Origin: a virus
IMG/VR virus record: IMGVR_UViG_3300025082_002887
Span: 1 to 64,000 of that record
DNA: 64,000 bases
Direction: 5' to 3' (one strand)
How positions within the stretch are numbered: the first letter of the stretch is position 1; every line of letters starts with the position of its first letter. This document shows positions 45,501 through 55,597 of this stretch, in pieces. The notes under the pieces were generated by a model. The model worked only from the letters and a program-made list of their open reading frames with translations. It was not told the origin of the DNA and searched no databases. Both the position numbers and the translations under genes were made by a program.

Positions 45501-46529
45501 GGTATACCAAAGATCCCTGTTCCAAACACACCAGATGCTTTACCTTTAACTCCTCCTGGTATGAAACCCAAGGCCCCCATACCACTTGTGTATAACAAAG
45601 ATGGTCATGCATATGCTGAACAAGGCGCCCCGTATTATGGAAAAAGATTACCAGAATATGATATGCAATTAACAGCATTTTTTAAAGGCAGATTAGAATA
45701 CCACACACCATCGACAGAAGAAGTTGGAAAAATAGAAGTGTGTTTAGCGGATTCGCGCCGAACGAACAACACTACAAAAACTTCTACATCATCTACTTCT
45801 GCTGATACTCAAGATTGTAAAACAAACCCGCTTGGATTAATAGATTATAAAACATCTGATTTTACTAGTATTGCTATAGAACCAACAAAAAGAAATTTTT
45901 CTTGGGGGGCCAAAGAATTTGGTAAATATTTAAAAGATCTTGATGCTTCTATGTGGGCAAGAACTAGCCCCGCCACTAAGTGGATTATTAAAGACTTATC
46001 TCCTAAAAATGCTAATGGCGTTGATAAAGTAGGGGGCCACGCTTCGCACAGAGAGGGAATAGACGCAGATTTTAATTTACCAAAAATAGATACTACTGGC
46101 GAAGCACCAATTCCAGTAGGACTAACAACATCAGAAATTTTAAAGGCACAAGAATTAGATGTAGATAAAATGTTGGCTTTTATAATGCTTTCAAAGATGC
46201 ATGGCGCAAAAGTTTTTTTCTTAGATAAAAAGTTTTTTAAACCTTTAAGAGAAAGGGCAAATTTTATTGCAACGGATGGTATCACGGCAACAACTAAAGG
46301 TAAAACTTTAGTTATAGATAATGCACTCAGAAGCTTTTTTAGAGAACATCTATATGAAAAACCAAAAATGGTTAAAGAAATAATGAATTCACTTATACAC
46401 AAGCCGGGGCATCAAAACCGAGTACACGTAAGGATCCAGCGCAAATGGGGGTCTCACGAAACAAGAGATTATCCTGGCTGGGCAATTAGGCGCCTTAAAA
46501 AAATGGGCTGTAATTATAAAGAATTATAA
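42513..46529 (+). CDS. Baseplate hub (gp5-like OB fold) with two alpha/beta-hydrolase-like domains and a C-terminal MepA-like peptidase
   Basis: KYRVRIPE..PVKLGQVVRVQF. IIYWFHD and LIYYLHG domains. IKDLS..GGHASHREGIDADF..GHQNRVHVR. Position in the baseplate module. Confidence 0.6.
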   Translation: MAECDYQGDEGCEAPAIFKLPAGTLNPQINEVDLNQRSINFQEEGVYSVLGQTVDEAFTPNKFKGLGPLNAILLRIENPYGEGASCTAEEVAANATHTGEKDPLTKYRVRIPEMCVATLPPPNNLEDPCDQDNLRIDAHILCEAKDREVMSIPVKLGQVVRVQFASGAGLTNLKYLGPVDSKGTAWEKLDGPHSPPADYGKRLEECKKIYPNRGATGDIIGMDTNLWKKNSGRTPLVSGIGIPDGPVIPGEIHKEWVVNLFKELKKEGKYKGLIWTGVCKNNGPEDNLNMLTSAGKKSSIGDPGRSTVIYMPIGTDPTIPLEIIYWFHDEAGFKNDKEEWDVLWQSLSGMIKKKRSLNNARRNFILVIPEMLWSKQNTTVAGMRRNETTPVSIKFGQLDVASSSGFVGETRLRHAGYTDRQWAAWGFSAGSHDTINASSFDRPYPPLAFVSLEAGEANPALAAPTAGNMKLLHEEVLGLLQKYFNVTKDNATQITLVADHKGGIAISNLARLNQLEELNPSKIVLIHADYSSIGQLPTQGLAFAKNSQIPDGIVFNYFHDNDAFEILKHINANTRLEIHVSRTSGKNPLPRQAARAFIGALSTMLPTPPGWWAPDPLPVHTFDDRVQKLKELYHYAGLDHWRGKTTDGNYNPNPALFNAYKAGYSLINRTGPAANIIRLEPPFNNIVYKSWGASAKGALAWLPADNNVSQPEALVQESKKLAGTFDIESDVPNSVKEAFRKFSGRAILYRSELVGTTKNVAILEPSGASIYNNYELIYYLHGDIGQNGAAKTYTDALGNQFATMVGDDRNVIIVLMDLDNPSSNTGLWQNGGFNRFHEEILSKIKEKWSGQKKGVNDDGSISYDTPVHPQPGFFTIKANHGGSRILNSIVKSLDSSLRAPSPGALRRIDLFDANYGPEIGIIKQLKSWGASTLGTNFEIQMVVTPTTIGKPGQQGQPANKQAEKYQSEPGVWIIPASVDHGVLPYVYFSAPSKLDTGIPKIPVPNTPDALPLTPPGMKPKAPIPLVYNKDGHAYAEQGAPYYGKRLPEYDMQLTAFFKGRLEYHTPSTEEVGKIEVCLADSRRTNNTTKTSTSSTSADTQDCKTNPLGLIDYKTSDFTSIAIEPTKRNFSWGAKEFGKYLKDLDASMWARTSPATKWIIKDLSPKNANGVDKVGGHASHREGIDADFNLPKIDTTGEAPIPVGLTTSEILKAQELDVDKMLAFIMLSKMHGAKVFFLDKKFFKPLRERANFIATDGITATTKGKTLVIDNALRSFFREHLYEKPKMVKEIMNSLIHKPGHQNRVHVRIQRKWGSHETRDYPGWAIRRLKKMGCNYKEL

Positions 46530-46557
46530 AGAATTAATAGTTATATAGAGGGAAATA

Positions 46558-47541
46558 ATGTCAGCAAATACTGTAAAACCGAGCGATCCAAAAAGAAAGG
46601 CTCCCGGGGGCAACTTACCAAAAGAAAGGATGCTCCGACAATCTGGGATTGATGGAGATCCAAATCCACAAAAAGTACCTAAATTAAATGTGCCTCCCTC
46701 CGGAGAGGTAGTATATTTTGGCCCTTATGGATCGCACATCGCGCTGGGCGGGGATCGTTTAAACCCGCGCAAAGGCTTCAAATATGGCGGAGGGAAAGCC
46801 ATGGCCGGCGTTACTGCCTGTGCCCATGTTGATATTGTCGCCGGCCTTGATTCTTTTGACACGTATAAGAATAGAATACCCACAGTACCAGTTAACCCGG
46901 ATGCATTTCGTGATGCTGCACGAGTTTATATTTCTCAAAATTGTGATGTAGACGATCAATTCACTTGCGCAGATGGCAGTATAGGAAATATAAAAAATAA
47001 ATCGGCTGCAGTCATCAAAGCTGATGGAGTTAGGATAATTGGACGAGAAGGGATTAAAATTATAACTGGAACCGACTCAGCTAATTCACGCGGCAAAACT
47101 ATAAATAGTGTTCCTCCTATCGATTTAATTGCTGGAAACGCCCCTCCTGAAATGATGCAACCCATTCCAAGGGGCATGAATTTAAGAGACGCGCTACAAA
47201 CAATAGTTGATAGAATCAATCAATTGAGTGGAATTGTTGATAATTTTTTCACCGAACAGCAAGCCTTTAATAGCGTGTTGGCATGGCACGACCACCCAGA
47301 TTTCATATCAATGGCAATTTCTGGGATTGCCACAAGCGGCACAAGTACAAAAGCTTTTTTTAATGGCAATACTTATTTTAATATGGATGTAGCGATCCAG
47401 GGATTGAAAAACCAGGCTGCCGGCATCAGAATTAAAAAAGATTTTCTACTTCACAAATGTGCGATGAGTGGTTTAGTTGTAGAATATTTAAGACCAAGCG
47501 GCCTCAAATGGATTAATAGTCGCCAAGTTAATACCAGCTAA
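46558..47541 (+). CDS. Putative baseplate spike (gp5 C-terminal/beta-helix-like)
   Basis: Short beta-strand repeats (AARVYISQ, AAVIKADGVRIIGREGIKII) and a WHDHP HxH motif; follows the hub gene. Confidence 0.5.
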   Translation: MSANTVKPSDPKRKAPGGNLPKERMLRQSGIDGDPNPQKVPKLNVPPSGEVVYFGPYGSHIALGGDRLNPRKGFKYGGGKAMAGVTACAHVDIVAGLDSFDTYKNRIPTVPVNPDAFRDAARVYISQNCDVDDQFTCADGSIGNIKNKSAAVIKADGVRIIGREGIKIITGTDSANSRGKTINSVPPIDLIAGNAPPEMMQPIPRGMNLRDALQTIVDRINQLSGIVDNFFTEQQAFNSVLAWHDHPDFISMAISGIATSGTSTKAFFNGNTYFNMDVAIQGLKNQAAGIRIKKDFLLHKCAMSGLVVEYLRPSGLKWINSRQVNTS

Positions 47542-47558
47542 ACAAATGAGAAACTAAT

Positions 47559-50500
47559 ATGCCTAATAATATACCTTTAACAGAAGAACAAAAAACACAA
47601 CTGTACCGCTCACTTTATACACTGTATCAAAACTTAAAAGATTCACCCGAGAAAGGTACGAATAATATTTCATTTGTTGCTTGGACCGCCCCTAAAGGAG
47701 TCCCCGGATCCGCCGGCTATATAGCCGGTTTCTATTCTCCCACACAAACTGAGTTTGTAGACACGCTAACCGCACAATACAAAGAATCCTCACAAACAAT
47801 ACAACAATTTATTGTTGATACATACAAATATTATGGCTACGGACCAAAAATCAAGATTAAAGAAGAAGGAGCCGACACAACTGCAGAAAAATGGCATTTA
47901 CAAACAAAAACTTTTTTGTCAAAAGATAAAAAATATTATATTGTTCCAGTAGTATATAAGAAAATAGTTGACAACCCAGCGATAAAACAATTTTTTACAA
48001 ACCCTTCTGATACTCTTTCTAAAGACAGTAAACTACAGATTTATGGCAATAAGGAAGAGCCCGGTCATGGAATTCTTGGTGATGCTCCTGCTTCTAAAAT
48101 ATTTCGAAATTCTGCAAAAGTATGGGCTCTGGAAAAGCTAGCCAGCGATTTAGCAAAAAGTATTAATCAAGACCATAGAAAAGAAGCGGAAACTATGGGC
48201 TTTCTACCTGTTGATTCTAAAAACGTTGATAATAATAATGCTGAAATGGCAGAAGCATGGTATATTGATGCGCGCCCACCTGAATACCAAAATCTATTTT
48301 TAAAAATAATGTTTGATAAAGGCTGGGTCGATGCAATCCCTCCACAACTTAGTCCTTGTGTGGACTTGCCATCATCTCGCACTGTTATGATATTTATAAA
48401 ATCATTTCAACAAGATCTAAATAATTTAGAACAAATATTATGGAAATTTAATGATCGTATTATATCTTCTAAAGTTCAAATGCCTTTTGATGCGGCGTGT
48501 ACCGCTGGAAAAGTACCAAAGATTCCTGAACTTATAAACTATCTCCTAAGATTAAATGGAAAGCCTGAAATTGATGACAAGTCCAACGCCGCCCTTCAAT
48601 TTGGTTTTACCGAGGAATTAGAATTACAATATATTGCTTACAGCGAAGAACCTGAATGTTTGTGTGACGACACAAACATTAATGCATACATTTTACAAAA
48701 AGGCATCGAAGATCTTAAGAAAACTCCTCCTTTCGACTCTCCAACTAACAATGGTTTTTTATTTTATTTGCCTGAAATTATGAGAAAATATGTTCCATAC
48801 CTGAACGGGCCAAAAAGTAAGTTTCTTTTTTCAGCTCAAGAGTCGTGGATACGTTTTGCTAATTCTTTTGTCTATCCAAAGCCTGAAATAGTACATGACA
48901 CATCAGAATCTGCGGCGGATCATTTTGCAAAACAAATGGCAGCAATCGAAAAAGTAACAAAATCAGGCTTTAACGTCTTAAAAGACGCTGCGTATCTTCA
49001 AGACCCCACAATGATCATGAATTCAGATATAAGAAATTTAATTCAAGGGGCAACGAGTTCTCAAGTTGTATTTGCTGGTGATGATGTAATGATGAAGGCC
49101 ATTAAATCAGATATACTTAATTTAACATCATTATATGGGCGCCTTCTTCACAAAGTACCAATAACAGAATTAGTTAAACTTGCTGTAGCAGCTATTGTTA
49201 AATGCACCAGCGATAGCGCGCTTAAGAAAAAATTATGTAGAACTCTTATAAAAACGATGCCAAGGATTGAGATTGAAACAAAAATATATCCATGTTTGCG
49301 CGATGGCGGCCATGAAGGTGCCATCGCTTCATTACAAAGTGCTATTGGAGGAAGAGAAAGTAAAGTTTATGAACAGGCAAGGGCACGCCATCCAGAAAAA
49401 TTTCCCGCTTCTGAAGGAATGAAAACAGAAGCCGAGATGGCAGCCGTAAATGATTTTTATTGTAATGACCCGGCACTTCAAAATGCGCTCGGTCGTTCTC
49501 CCGATGACATGTCTGAAGAATTGCTTGCTTGGCTAGAGGGCGAATATGCATCGGCCGTTTGCGATTGTATATTAACAGTTTACGGACCCGTACAAAAAAT
49601 AATTCAATTTGTAGAAGAAGCAAAAGACGAAGTTAGCGATGTTGTAGACATCCTTGGTAAAAATAAAGCTCAATCTGCAGAAGGCCAATCAACTTTTTCA
49701 TTTGACAGATATATAGCTCCTTGCAAAAAAACCGAAGACAGGATCCAGTCCTTCGGGGACGAACTTCAAAAAGGTCTAGAAAAGATGGTTCTTGATATAA
49801 TGTTAGCGGCCGTTTTAGTAGTATTAAACCAAGTTAAAAGTTCAATAATGGGAGGGCTCCTAAGAGATGTATGTAATGCAGCAAAAAGTCCCTGGAAATT
49901 ATTAGATATCACCGATGAAATAATGAATTCTCCTCTTCATGTAGATACGACTTTTCTTGATCTTAAGAAAAAGATTGGAAATATTGGAAAACTGGCCGGC
50001 CTTAGTGCCGATATAAACGATTTAATAGACGGAATTAATGCTCTTTCTAGTGAGTTCAGCCCAAGCGAAATGAAACGTCTTTTTTTCACCGAGTGTGGTG
50101 ATAACTCTTTTGATGCCGGGTTTCAATCAGTTGCCGATTCGATGGCCAAGAACCACAATGTTACCATTGAGGGACAGAACCCCGAGGTGGCCACCAATAA
50201 TATATTTAACGACCATACTCCCACAGGCGCCGCGCTTACAGCACAAGAATCAATGACGTTAACAAACCTAGAAGACCCAGAAGCGGCACCATTAAATATT
50301 CCTCCGGCATGCCCGGCCGCCCCCGTAAATAGCCCGGGCCCCTATCACGATTTATTATCGGGCATAGGCGGACTAATGAGTCCTGATGTGTTTGATGAAG
50401 CAATAGATGCTTGGGAAAGAGCTAAATCAGAGTTTGTTGACTTATGTGATCCGGACACGCCAAATGTTCTGGGGGACAATGTTTCCGAAGGTGATATTAG

Positions 50501-53500
50501 AAAATTAGCAGAATATGATCAAAACAAGATGCTTGATGAAATTACAACAATGTTGCCATTGTTGGATCCTAGTAAACTAGAAGATATGATGCCTCCATTA
50601 TTTTGCGGCCCATGTGATCCTGGAAAAGTTGGCCAAGAGCCTTTAATGCCAAGCCAAACACATCCATCACAATTATTCTTGCTTGATCGCATGAACAAAA
50701 ATCTTTTTAAAATGGTTAATAAGATGTTTAATAACAATATAAGCGCTTATAAGCCAATTATAATGGACGTTAGAGAAGATGCTAAACAATACCCAGAAAT
50801 ATACAAAGAGTTGGCAGAAAAACATATGCCCACTAAAAAAGAACTAAAAAAAATGACAGATGTTGAAAAGTCAGAGGCTTTTTCAGATGCTCACAAACTT
50901 ATACAAACAGAAATGATGTCGCGCTTCGCCGCTGAAGATGGCGATGGGACGAGCCAAAAAGATAAATTTGTTGCAAAAGCACTTTTGGATGCTCTTGAAT
51001 CGGCCGCGGCCCAGTCTGAGGTTAACCCAAACCAAAATATAATTATCAATCCTGAATCCCGCGTATTCTCATACGATATCCCTGATAGTGCGAATCAAAT
51101 ATTAATGATAATAAATTTTTCAAACAGCGCATCGACATATGGTTCTATAACAACAGAATCACGACAAATAAAGATTGCTGTTCAAAATAAATTTAGTAAA
51201 ACCATTGAATACGAATGGCCTAATCCTAAAAGTACCGAACTCCACCAAATAAAAGATTTTAACGAATTAGATTTAACTATGGAATTTTTTAGGCACCTCG
51301 GTGAAAAAATACCCGCGATGAATTCTTTACTAGGATTGGAGGTTGTAACCCAGACAATAACGGGGGGAAAACAAGCATCGGTTCTTACACAACACTATCC
51401 TTTGATTGTAAATCTAATATTTGAAACTGTTTTTACTCAAGCAGCACAACATGATTTGTTTAGAAGTAATATATTTTATCAAGTGCCATTGACGGATGAA
51501 GAAGTAAAAAAGAGATGCAAAGAGGGCCCCGGCAAAAAGCCTCTTTTAGATACGGCAAAGCTTGCTGATGATGTTTCCAAAGCACGCGAAGCGCTAGAAT
51601 GTGTTATAGGAATGTTTGAAACTCCAGACGCAACCCAGGTTGCACAAATGTTTGGTCTTTATAAGTTAATAATCAAAGTTTGTATAATAGAAGAATTCTT
51701 AAAAAATATATTTATCTTTGGTTTCGTTAGAATAGCTGATATTTTAGAATCAGACATATACATGCCAATATTATTAAAAAATATTGTTGGTGTTATACAA
51801 TCATCAGTTAACGGAGACAACTATGATAACTTATTAGATTACTCAGCAAAAATTATAAATGGGCGAGAAATTTTAGGAGAAGAATTTAAAAGCGTAGGCC
51901 CCGCCGACGAATGGGCAACAGGGCCTTTCGGTCCAATGAAAAAAATGAAAACACCAGAAGAGTGTTTAATGATAATAATTAGAGAAACCGCGCGAGAAGT
52001 TAACGACATTTTAGATGATCGTATACAAGGCCTTTTAGATCCAGGCTGGACTAAAAAGTTTTTTGCATATGATAGTGTAGACGACCCCGAAACTCAATCT
52101 GTATTAGAAAGTAGACTTTTAGAGTATGCAATTTTATCGCCAGATTATTGGTCTCCAAACGTATATCCCCGCCCCCATCACGGCCTCTCACCTACTTTAG
52201 GAAAGTTAGATGCAATGAACCCTATATTGGAGACCGAACCCGACCGCGGGCTGACCGTGTACAGCGACGCCAACGGTGCCACAATCTTCAAAGGTGGGTG
52301 GCCCACCGCCCCCACAAACGTAACCCAGTTTGAAACGGACCGCGCATTCAACGCAGTATCTTATTGGCCGACTATTGGGAATCAACCATGGGGCGGCGGA
52401 CTATTTCTGCAACCTTATATGAAAATTACATCTAAACTATCTGGCCCGTCAGGACCCGGCTCCTTTTGGACAAAATTCAAAAAGGCCTATGAGTTAAAAA
52501 AAGAATTCGAAACAAATCCAACCTCGGCCGCATTCGCCGCACAGTATACAAAATCTTCTGATCCAAACAATGTAGGAGAAAATGCAGTTGCGTTGTTGAT
52601 AAGCAAAATGGATGACAATAGTCTGACACAGGATGCGCGCGCTCTATTATTCAATTCGTTCTTTAAAACATTTTTCGACCCAACTTACCTCCCAGATGCG
52701 AAAGCTAAAATGCCGTTTACACGATTAGTTTCTTCGCAAGTAACCTCGGCTGAAACCGCCGACACTAGCTATGAACCATATTATTATTGGGACGACAACC
52801 TAGATAACGCCATTCAGGGCGCCCAAGAAAGATATCATTGGCTTAATAGAGGTATAATATCGACGGACTTTGCTCTTGACGTAGCTCAGCGAGCCGAGCA
52901 AAAAGCACAGAACCTCGCCCTCGCGGAAGAAATAGCACTTCAGGCAGCATATGCAAATATGATATCAGGAATCGTACTCGCCCCCGGGGAATCCTTGTCC
53001 TCCCGTAAAAAAGAGATTCATAGTTACATCTATTCTAACAGGAAGCATTTTTATCCTCCCCACATTAACCCTTCCAACAGCTTTGGAAACTTAAACGCTG
53101 TTCCTGCAAAGGCGTTCCCAGAAGGCATGATGTTGTCTACCATTAATTTACTTGGGCTGGCCAAAGATATGTCCCCAATTACTAATCTAAAACCATCGAC
53201 GACAACCAGTGCCTTCTTCGACAGTGTTCGCAATTTTTTAGGCACAAACGGCGCCGGCTCTTTACAAACAACTGATCAATATCCCATCGACAAGGACGGC
53301 GCCGGCGGGTTCGAGTCCCCTGTACATGATTATACTGAAGCTGTAGCGTTCTGGTCTAGAGTAAGAGATATAATTTTTGATAGTCCTTATGATCTCTGGT
53401 TTGATTTCACATTAGGGATGAGATTAAATTTGGTGTTTCCTATAGATAGCGAAGAGGCTCAACAAGGTATTTTTGAAGCGGCGCAATTTCAAATGGACAA

Positions 53501-55529
53501 GGAAGACTTTGCTAAATACAAAAAAGAAAAAATGTTTATTTGGGAGAAAAGCGTGGACGAGAGGTTTCTTTGCCTTCCCTTGGAAAGTGTAGAGCATGAC
53601 TTAACTTACATTGAAAACGAAATATGGAATGGCTGGGGCCCCGTTTATACAGCTTTAAATGATATTAATACATGGACGTCTCCGCTCTTCGGCACACAAA
53701 GTACTCTGGGCATAGTCACCACTCCCGGCGATTCTGGCGCGCCGTCTTTGTGGTCTATCACAAGAGCCATGTCTGCTGGCCTATACCAAGACAAAGATAA
53801 AGTTTTAGGATTGTTAAAAAAAGAATTAATGCAAAAAATGTTAGCTCCCGGGCCCGAACAAGAGCCTAATAAATTTTTGAATGAAATTCTGCCGGTTAAA
53901 GAATTAGTAGTAACAACTGCTTTGATGTTTCGATATTATATGGAAGGCGCCTACCCTTCTTTGAACCAATTATTTGATCCAACTAAAAAAACTCTTAATA
54001 GATATATAAAACAATTAGCAGCAACCATTGATGGAGACTATCAATACGTAGATGACCTTACCGAAGAATCCGACCCGAACGCAGATTTAGGCACATCCCC
54101 GACCGCAGAAGAGATAGTAAAGAAATTTTTCATGCTGGTGGTCCAGATGGCAGCTAATATGACAGATCCAACATGGAAAACGCCATGGTTTTTACCAGGC
54201 CCAATAACACCATGGGGAATTATCGCAAAATTATTAAATACTAAGTGGTCAGAGGACGAAACCGCTGGGGATTCAGACCTTCTTAAGCTTCTAGAAGAGT
54301 GCCCCGCCATACCGGTATCGTACGGCGAATCAGAGGAAGAGGCTGTAGAAGAAATATTATTACCGACTGCGCCAATGATTGACCCAGTAATACAAGAGCA
54401 GCTTAACAAATGGGCTCAAGATAAAGCAGACGGCTTTCCACCTCCAACATACGATGGGTTTGTCTTCTCGCCGTTCCCTTATTCGGAAGGCATACAGTTC
54501 CGCTATCGCGACGGCGTAGTTAAAAATAATAAAACGCTCCTTAAACTCCCCTTCTGGGAAAATAAGTGGCGCCACCCAATATACGTACCATATGTTTATT
54601 TGACAGACGAAGCGAAAAAGCGCCAATGGGAATTTTTTCAAGCGCGCCATTTTGGATTCCCAGCGCCCCCACCGTTTTATAATAAATTCAATGTTTTGAG
54701 TTGGGCCGTGGCCACGGACGACATTACAATCGATCAAAGCAACAACGCTACATACCCAAACCTCGCATCGACGACCCACCCGCGCTATAAAAAAAGCTGG
54801 GACGGGATCCTCCGCGGCGTTAAAAACGCTGATTTTGCAGAGATGGCCGCCGGAACGATTCAACCAGCCTCTTGGGCACAAGTTTGTTCTTGGTATAATC
54901 CATGCGTTTCCGACACCCCGCGGAGCGGGCTAGCATACACTGATGAATGCAGTTGGCCCAACGTACAACACCCTCCGCGAAGAAATTTCCCTGCATGGGG
55001 CGGCTCTGTGACCTCTCTCGGAGTCTCCAACCCCGAGCTTGTTCCATTTGTACATGGAAAGAACCTCACATGGAACCCAGCCCCCGGCGCCGTTGTGTGG
55101 GTGAGCCCCACGGATCCGGATAAGGTCATGTTCGCACCCCCGGCCCAGCCTTTAACAAACACCCAGACACACCCAGAGACAGGCGGAGTCGTGCCTTACA
55201 CTGAAACCGGCTATAATCAAGCCTGGTATTATTATTTGTATGGCTATGCCGGCGGTACATATGATACATTCGGACACAAAGGAGAAAACTATAAATACAC
55301 GGACAACTGGTGGCAATGGCCCAACTTGTTCGGGCCCCCAAATTGGTCGCCCACATGGAAAGGCCCCGACATTCATACACAGATATATGTTAGCTGGTAT
55401 CAAAGTCAGATAGTTGAGTATCAAATAGTGAAAGAAGGCGCTGTTGAACATCTTAAAGGATTAGCACAAGAAGTGATCGATACAGGGTACATCACTGCGG
55501 GCATGGCGGCTACTTGGAAAAACTTCTAA
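47559..55529 (+). CDS. Very large (2656 aa) putative virion/baseplate protein
   Basis: Uninterrupted ORF between the spike-like gene and gp25; no family recognised. Confidence 0.6.
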   Translation: MPNNIPLTEEQKTQLYRSLYTLYQNLKDSPEKGTNNISFVAWTAPKGVPGSAGYIAGFYSPTQTEFVDTLTAQYKESSQTIQQFIVDTYKYYGYGPKIKIKEEGADTTAEKWHLQTKTFLSKDKKYYIVPVVYKKIVDNPAIKQFFTNPSDTLSKDSKLQIYGNKEEPGHGILGDAPASKIFRNSAKVWALEKLASDLAKSINQDHRKEAETMGFLPVDSKNVDNNNAEMAEAWYIDARPPEYQNLFLKIMFDKGWVDAIPPQLSPCVDLPSSRTVMIFIKSFQQDLNNLEQILWKFNDRIISSKVQMPFDAACTAGKVPKIPELINYLLRLNGKPEIDDKSNAALQFGFTEELELQYIAYSEEPECLCDDTNINAYILQKGIEDLKKTPPFDSPTNNGFLFYLPEIMRKYVPYLNGPKSKFLFSAQESWIRFANSFVYPKPEIVHDTSESAADHFAKQMAAIEKVTKSGFNVLKDAAYLQDPTMIMNSDIRNLIQGATSSQVVFAGDDVMMKAIKSDILNLTSLYGRLLHKVPITELVKLAVAAIVKCTSDSALKKKLCRTLIKTMPRIEIETKIYPCLRDGGHEGAIASLQSAIGGRESKVYEQARARHPEKFPASEGMKTEAEMAAVNDFYCNDPALQNALGRSPDDMSEELLAWLEGEYASAVCDCILTVYGPVQKIIQFVEEAKDEVSDVVDILGKNKAQSAEGQSTFSFDRYIAPCKKTEDRIQSFGDELQKGLEKMVLDIMLAAVLVVLNQVKSSIMGGLLRDVCNAAKSPWKLLDITDEIMNSPLHVDTTFLDLKKKIGNIGKLAGLSADINDLIDGINALSSEFSPSEMKRLFFTECGDNSFDAGFQSVADSMAKNHNVTIEGQNPEVATNNIFNDHTPTGAALTAQESMTLTNLEDPEAAPLNIPPACPAAPVNSPGPYHDLLSGIGGLMSPDVFDEAIDAWERAKSEFVDLCDPDTPNVLGDNVSEGDIRKLAEYDQNKMLDEITTMLPLLDPSKLEDMMPPLFCGPCDPGKVGQEPLMPSQTHPSQLFLLDRMNKNLFKMVNKMFNNNISAYKPIIMDVREDAKQYPEIYKELAEKHMPTKKELKKMTDVEKSEAFSDAHKLIQTEMMSRFAAEDGDGTSQKDKFVAKALLDALESAAAQSEVNPNQNIIINPESRVFSYDIPDSANQILMIINFSNSASTYGSITTESRQIKIAVQNKFSKTIEYEWPNPKSTELHQIKDFNELDLTMEFFRHLGEKIPAMNSLLGLEVVTQTITGGKQASVLTQHYPLIVNLIFETVFTQAAQHDLFRSNIFYQVPLTDEEVKKRCKEGPGKKPLLDTAKLADDVSKAREALECVIGMFETPDATQVAQMFGLYKLIIKVCIIEEFLKNIFIFGFVRIADILESDIYMPILLKNIVGVIQSSVNGDNYDNLLDYSAKIINGREILGEEFKSVGPADEWATGPFGPMKKMKTPEECLMIIIRETAREVNDILDDRIQGLLDPGWTKKFFAYDSVDDPETQSVLESRLLEYAILSPDYWSPNVYPRPHHGLSPTLGKLDAMNPILETEPDRGLTVYSDANGATIFKGGWPTAPTNVTQFETDRAFNAVSYWPTIGNQPWGGGLFLQPYMKITSKLSGPSGPGSFWTKFKKAYELKKEFETNPTSAAFAAQYTKSSDPNNVGENAVALLISKMDDNSLTQDARALLFNSFFKTFFDPTYLPDAKAKMPFTRLVSSQVTSAETADTSYEPYYYWDDNLDNAIQGAQERYHWLNRGIISTDFALDVAQRAEQKAQNLALAEEIALQAAYANMISGIVLAPGESLSSRKKEIHSYIYSNRKHFYPPHINPSNSFGNLNAVPAKAFPEGMMLSTINLLGLAKDMSPITNLKPSTTTSAFFDSVRNFLGTNGAGSLQTTDQYPIDKDGAGGFESPVHDYTEAVAFWSRVRDIIFDSPYDLWFDFTLGMRLNLVFPIDSEEAQQGIFEAAQFQMDKEDFAKYKKEKMFIWEKSVDERFLCLPLESVEHDLTYIENEIWNGWGPVYTALNDINTWTSPLFGTQSTLGIVTTPGDSGAPSLWSITRAMSAGLYQDKDKVLGLLKKELMQKMLAPGPEQEPNKFLNEILPVKELVVTTALMFRYYMEGAYPSLNQLFDPTKKTLNRYIKQLAATIDGDYQYVDDLTEESDPNADLGTSPTAEEIVKKFFMLVVQMAANMTDPTWKTPWFLPGPITPWGIIAKLLNTKWSEDETAGDSDLLKLLEECPAIPVSYGESEEEAVEEILLPTAPMIDPVIQEQLNKWAQDKADGFPPPTYDGFVFSPFPYSEGIQFRYRDGVVKNNKTLLKLPFWENKWRHPIYVPYVYLTDEAKKRQWEFFQARHFGFPAPPPFYNKFNVLSWAVATDDITIDQSNNATYPNLASTTHPRYKKSWDGILRGVKNADFAEMAAGTIQPASWAQVCSWYNPCVSDTPRSGLAYTDECSWPNVQHPPRRNFPAWGGSVTSLGVSNPELVPFVHGKNLTWNPAPGAVVWVSPTDPDKVMFAPPAQPLTNTQTHPETGGVVPYTETGYNQAWYYYLYGYAGGTYDTFGHKGENYKYTDNWWQWPNLFGPPNWSPTWKGPDIHTQIYVSWYQSQIVEYQIVKEGAVEHLKGLAQEVIDTGYITAGMAATWKNF

Positions 55530-55567
55530 GCAGAATAAAAAGAAGAAGAGAAATAATTGATGTAATT

Positions 55568-55575
55568 GCTATTTA
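55568..55575 (+). promoter_or_regulatory. Candidate phage late promoter motif GCTATTTA upstream of gp25
   Basis: Intergenic, 22 nt before ATG55598. Confidence 0.5.
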
Positions 55576-55597
55576 TTATAAAAAGGGGTAAAAAAAA

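Noticed and set aside
46512-46535. Short direct repeat aattataaag at the hub gene end
   Set aside because: Only two 10-nt AT-rich copies around a stop codon; likely a local duplication with no evident function.
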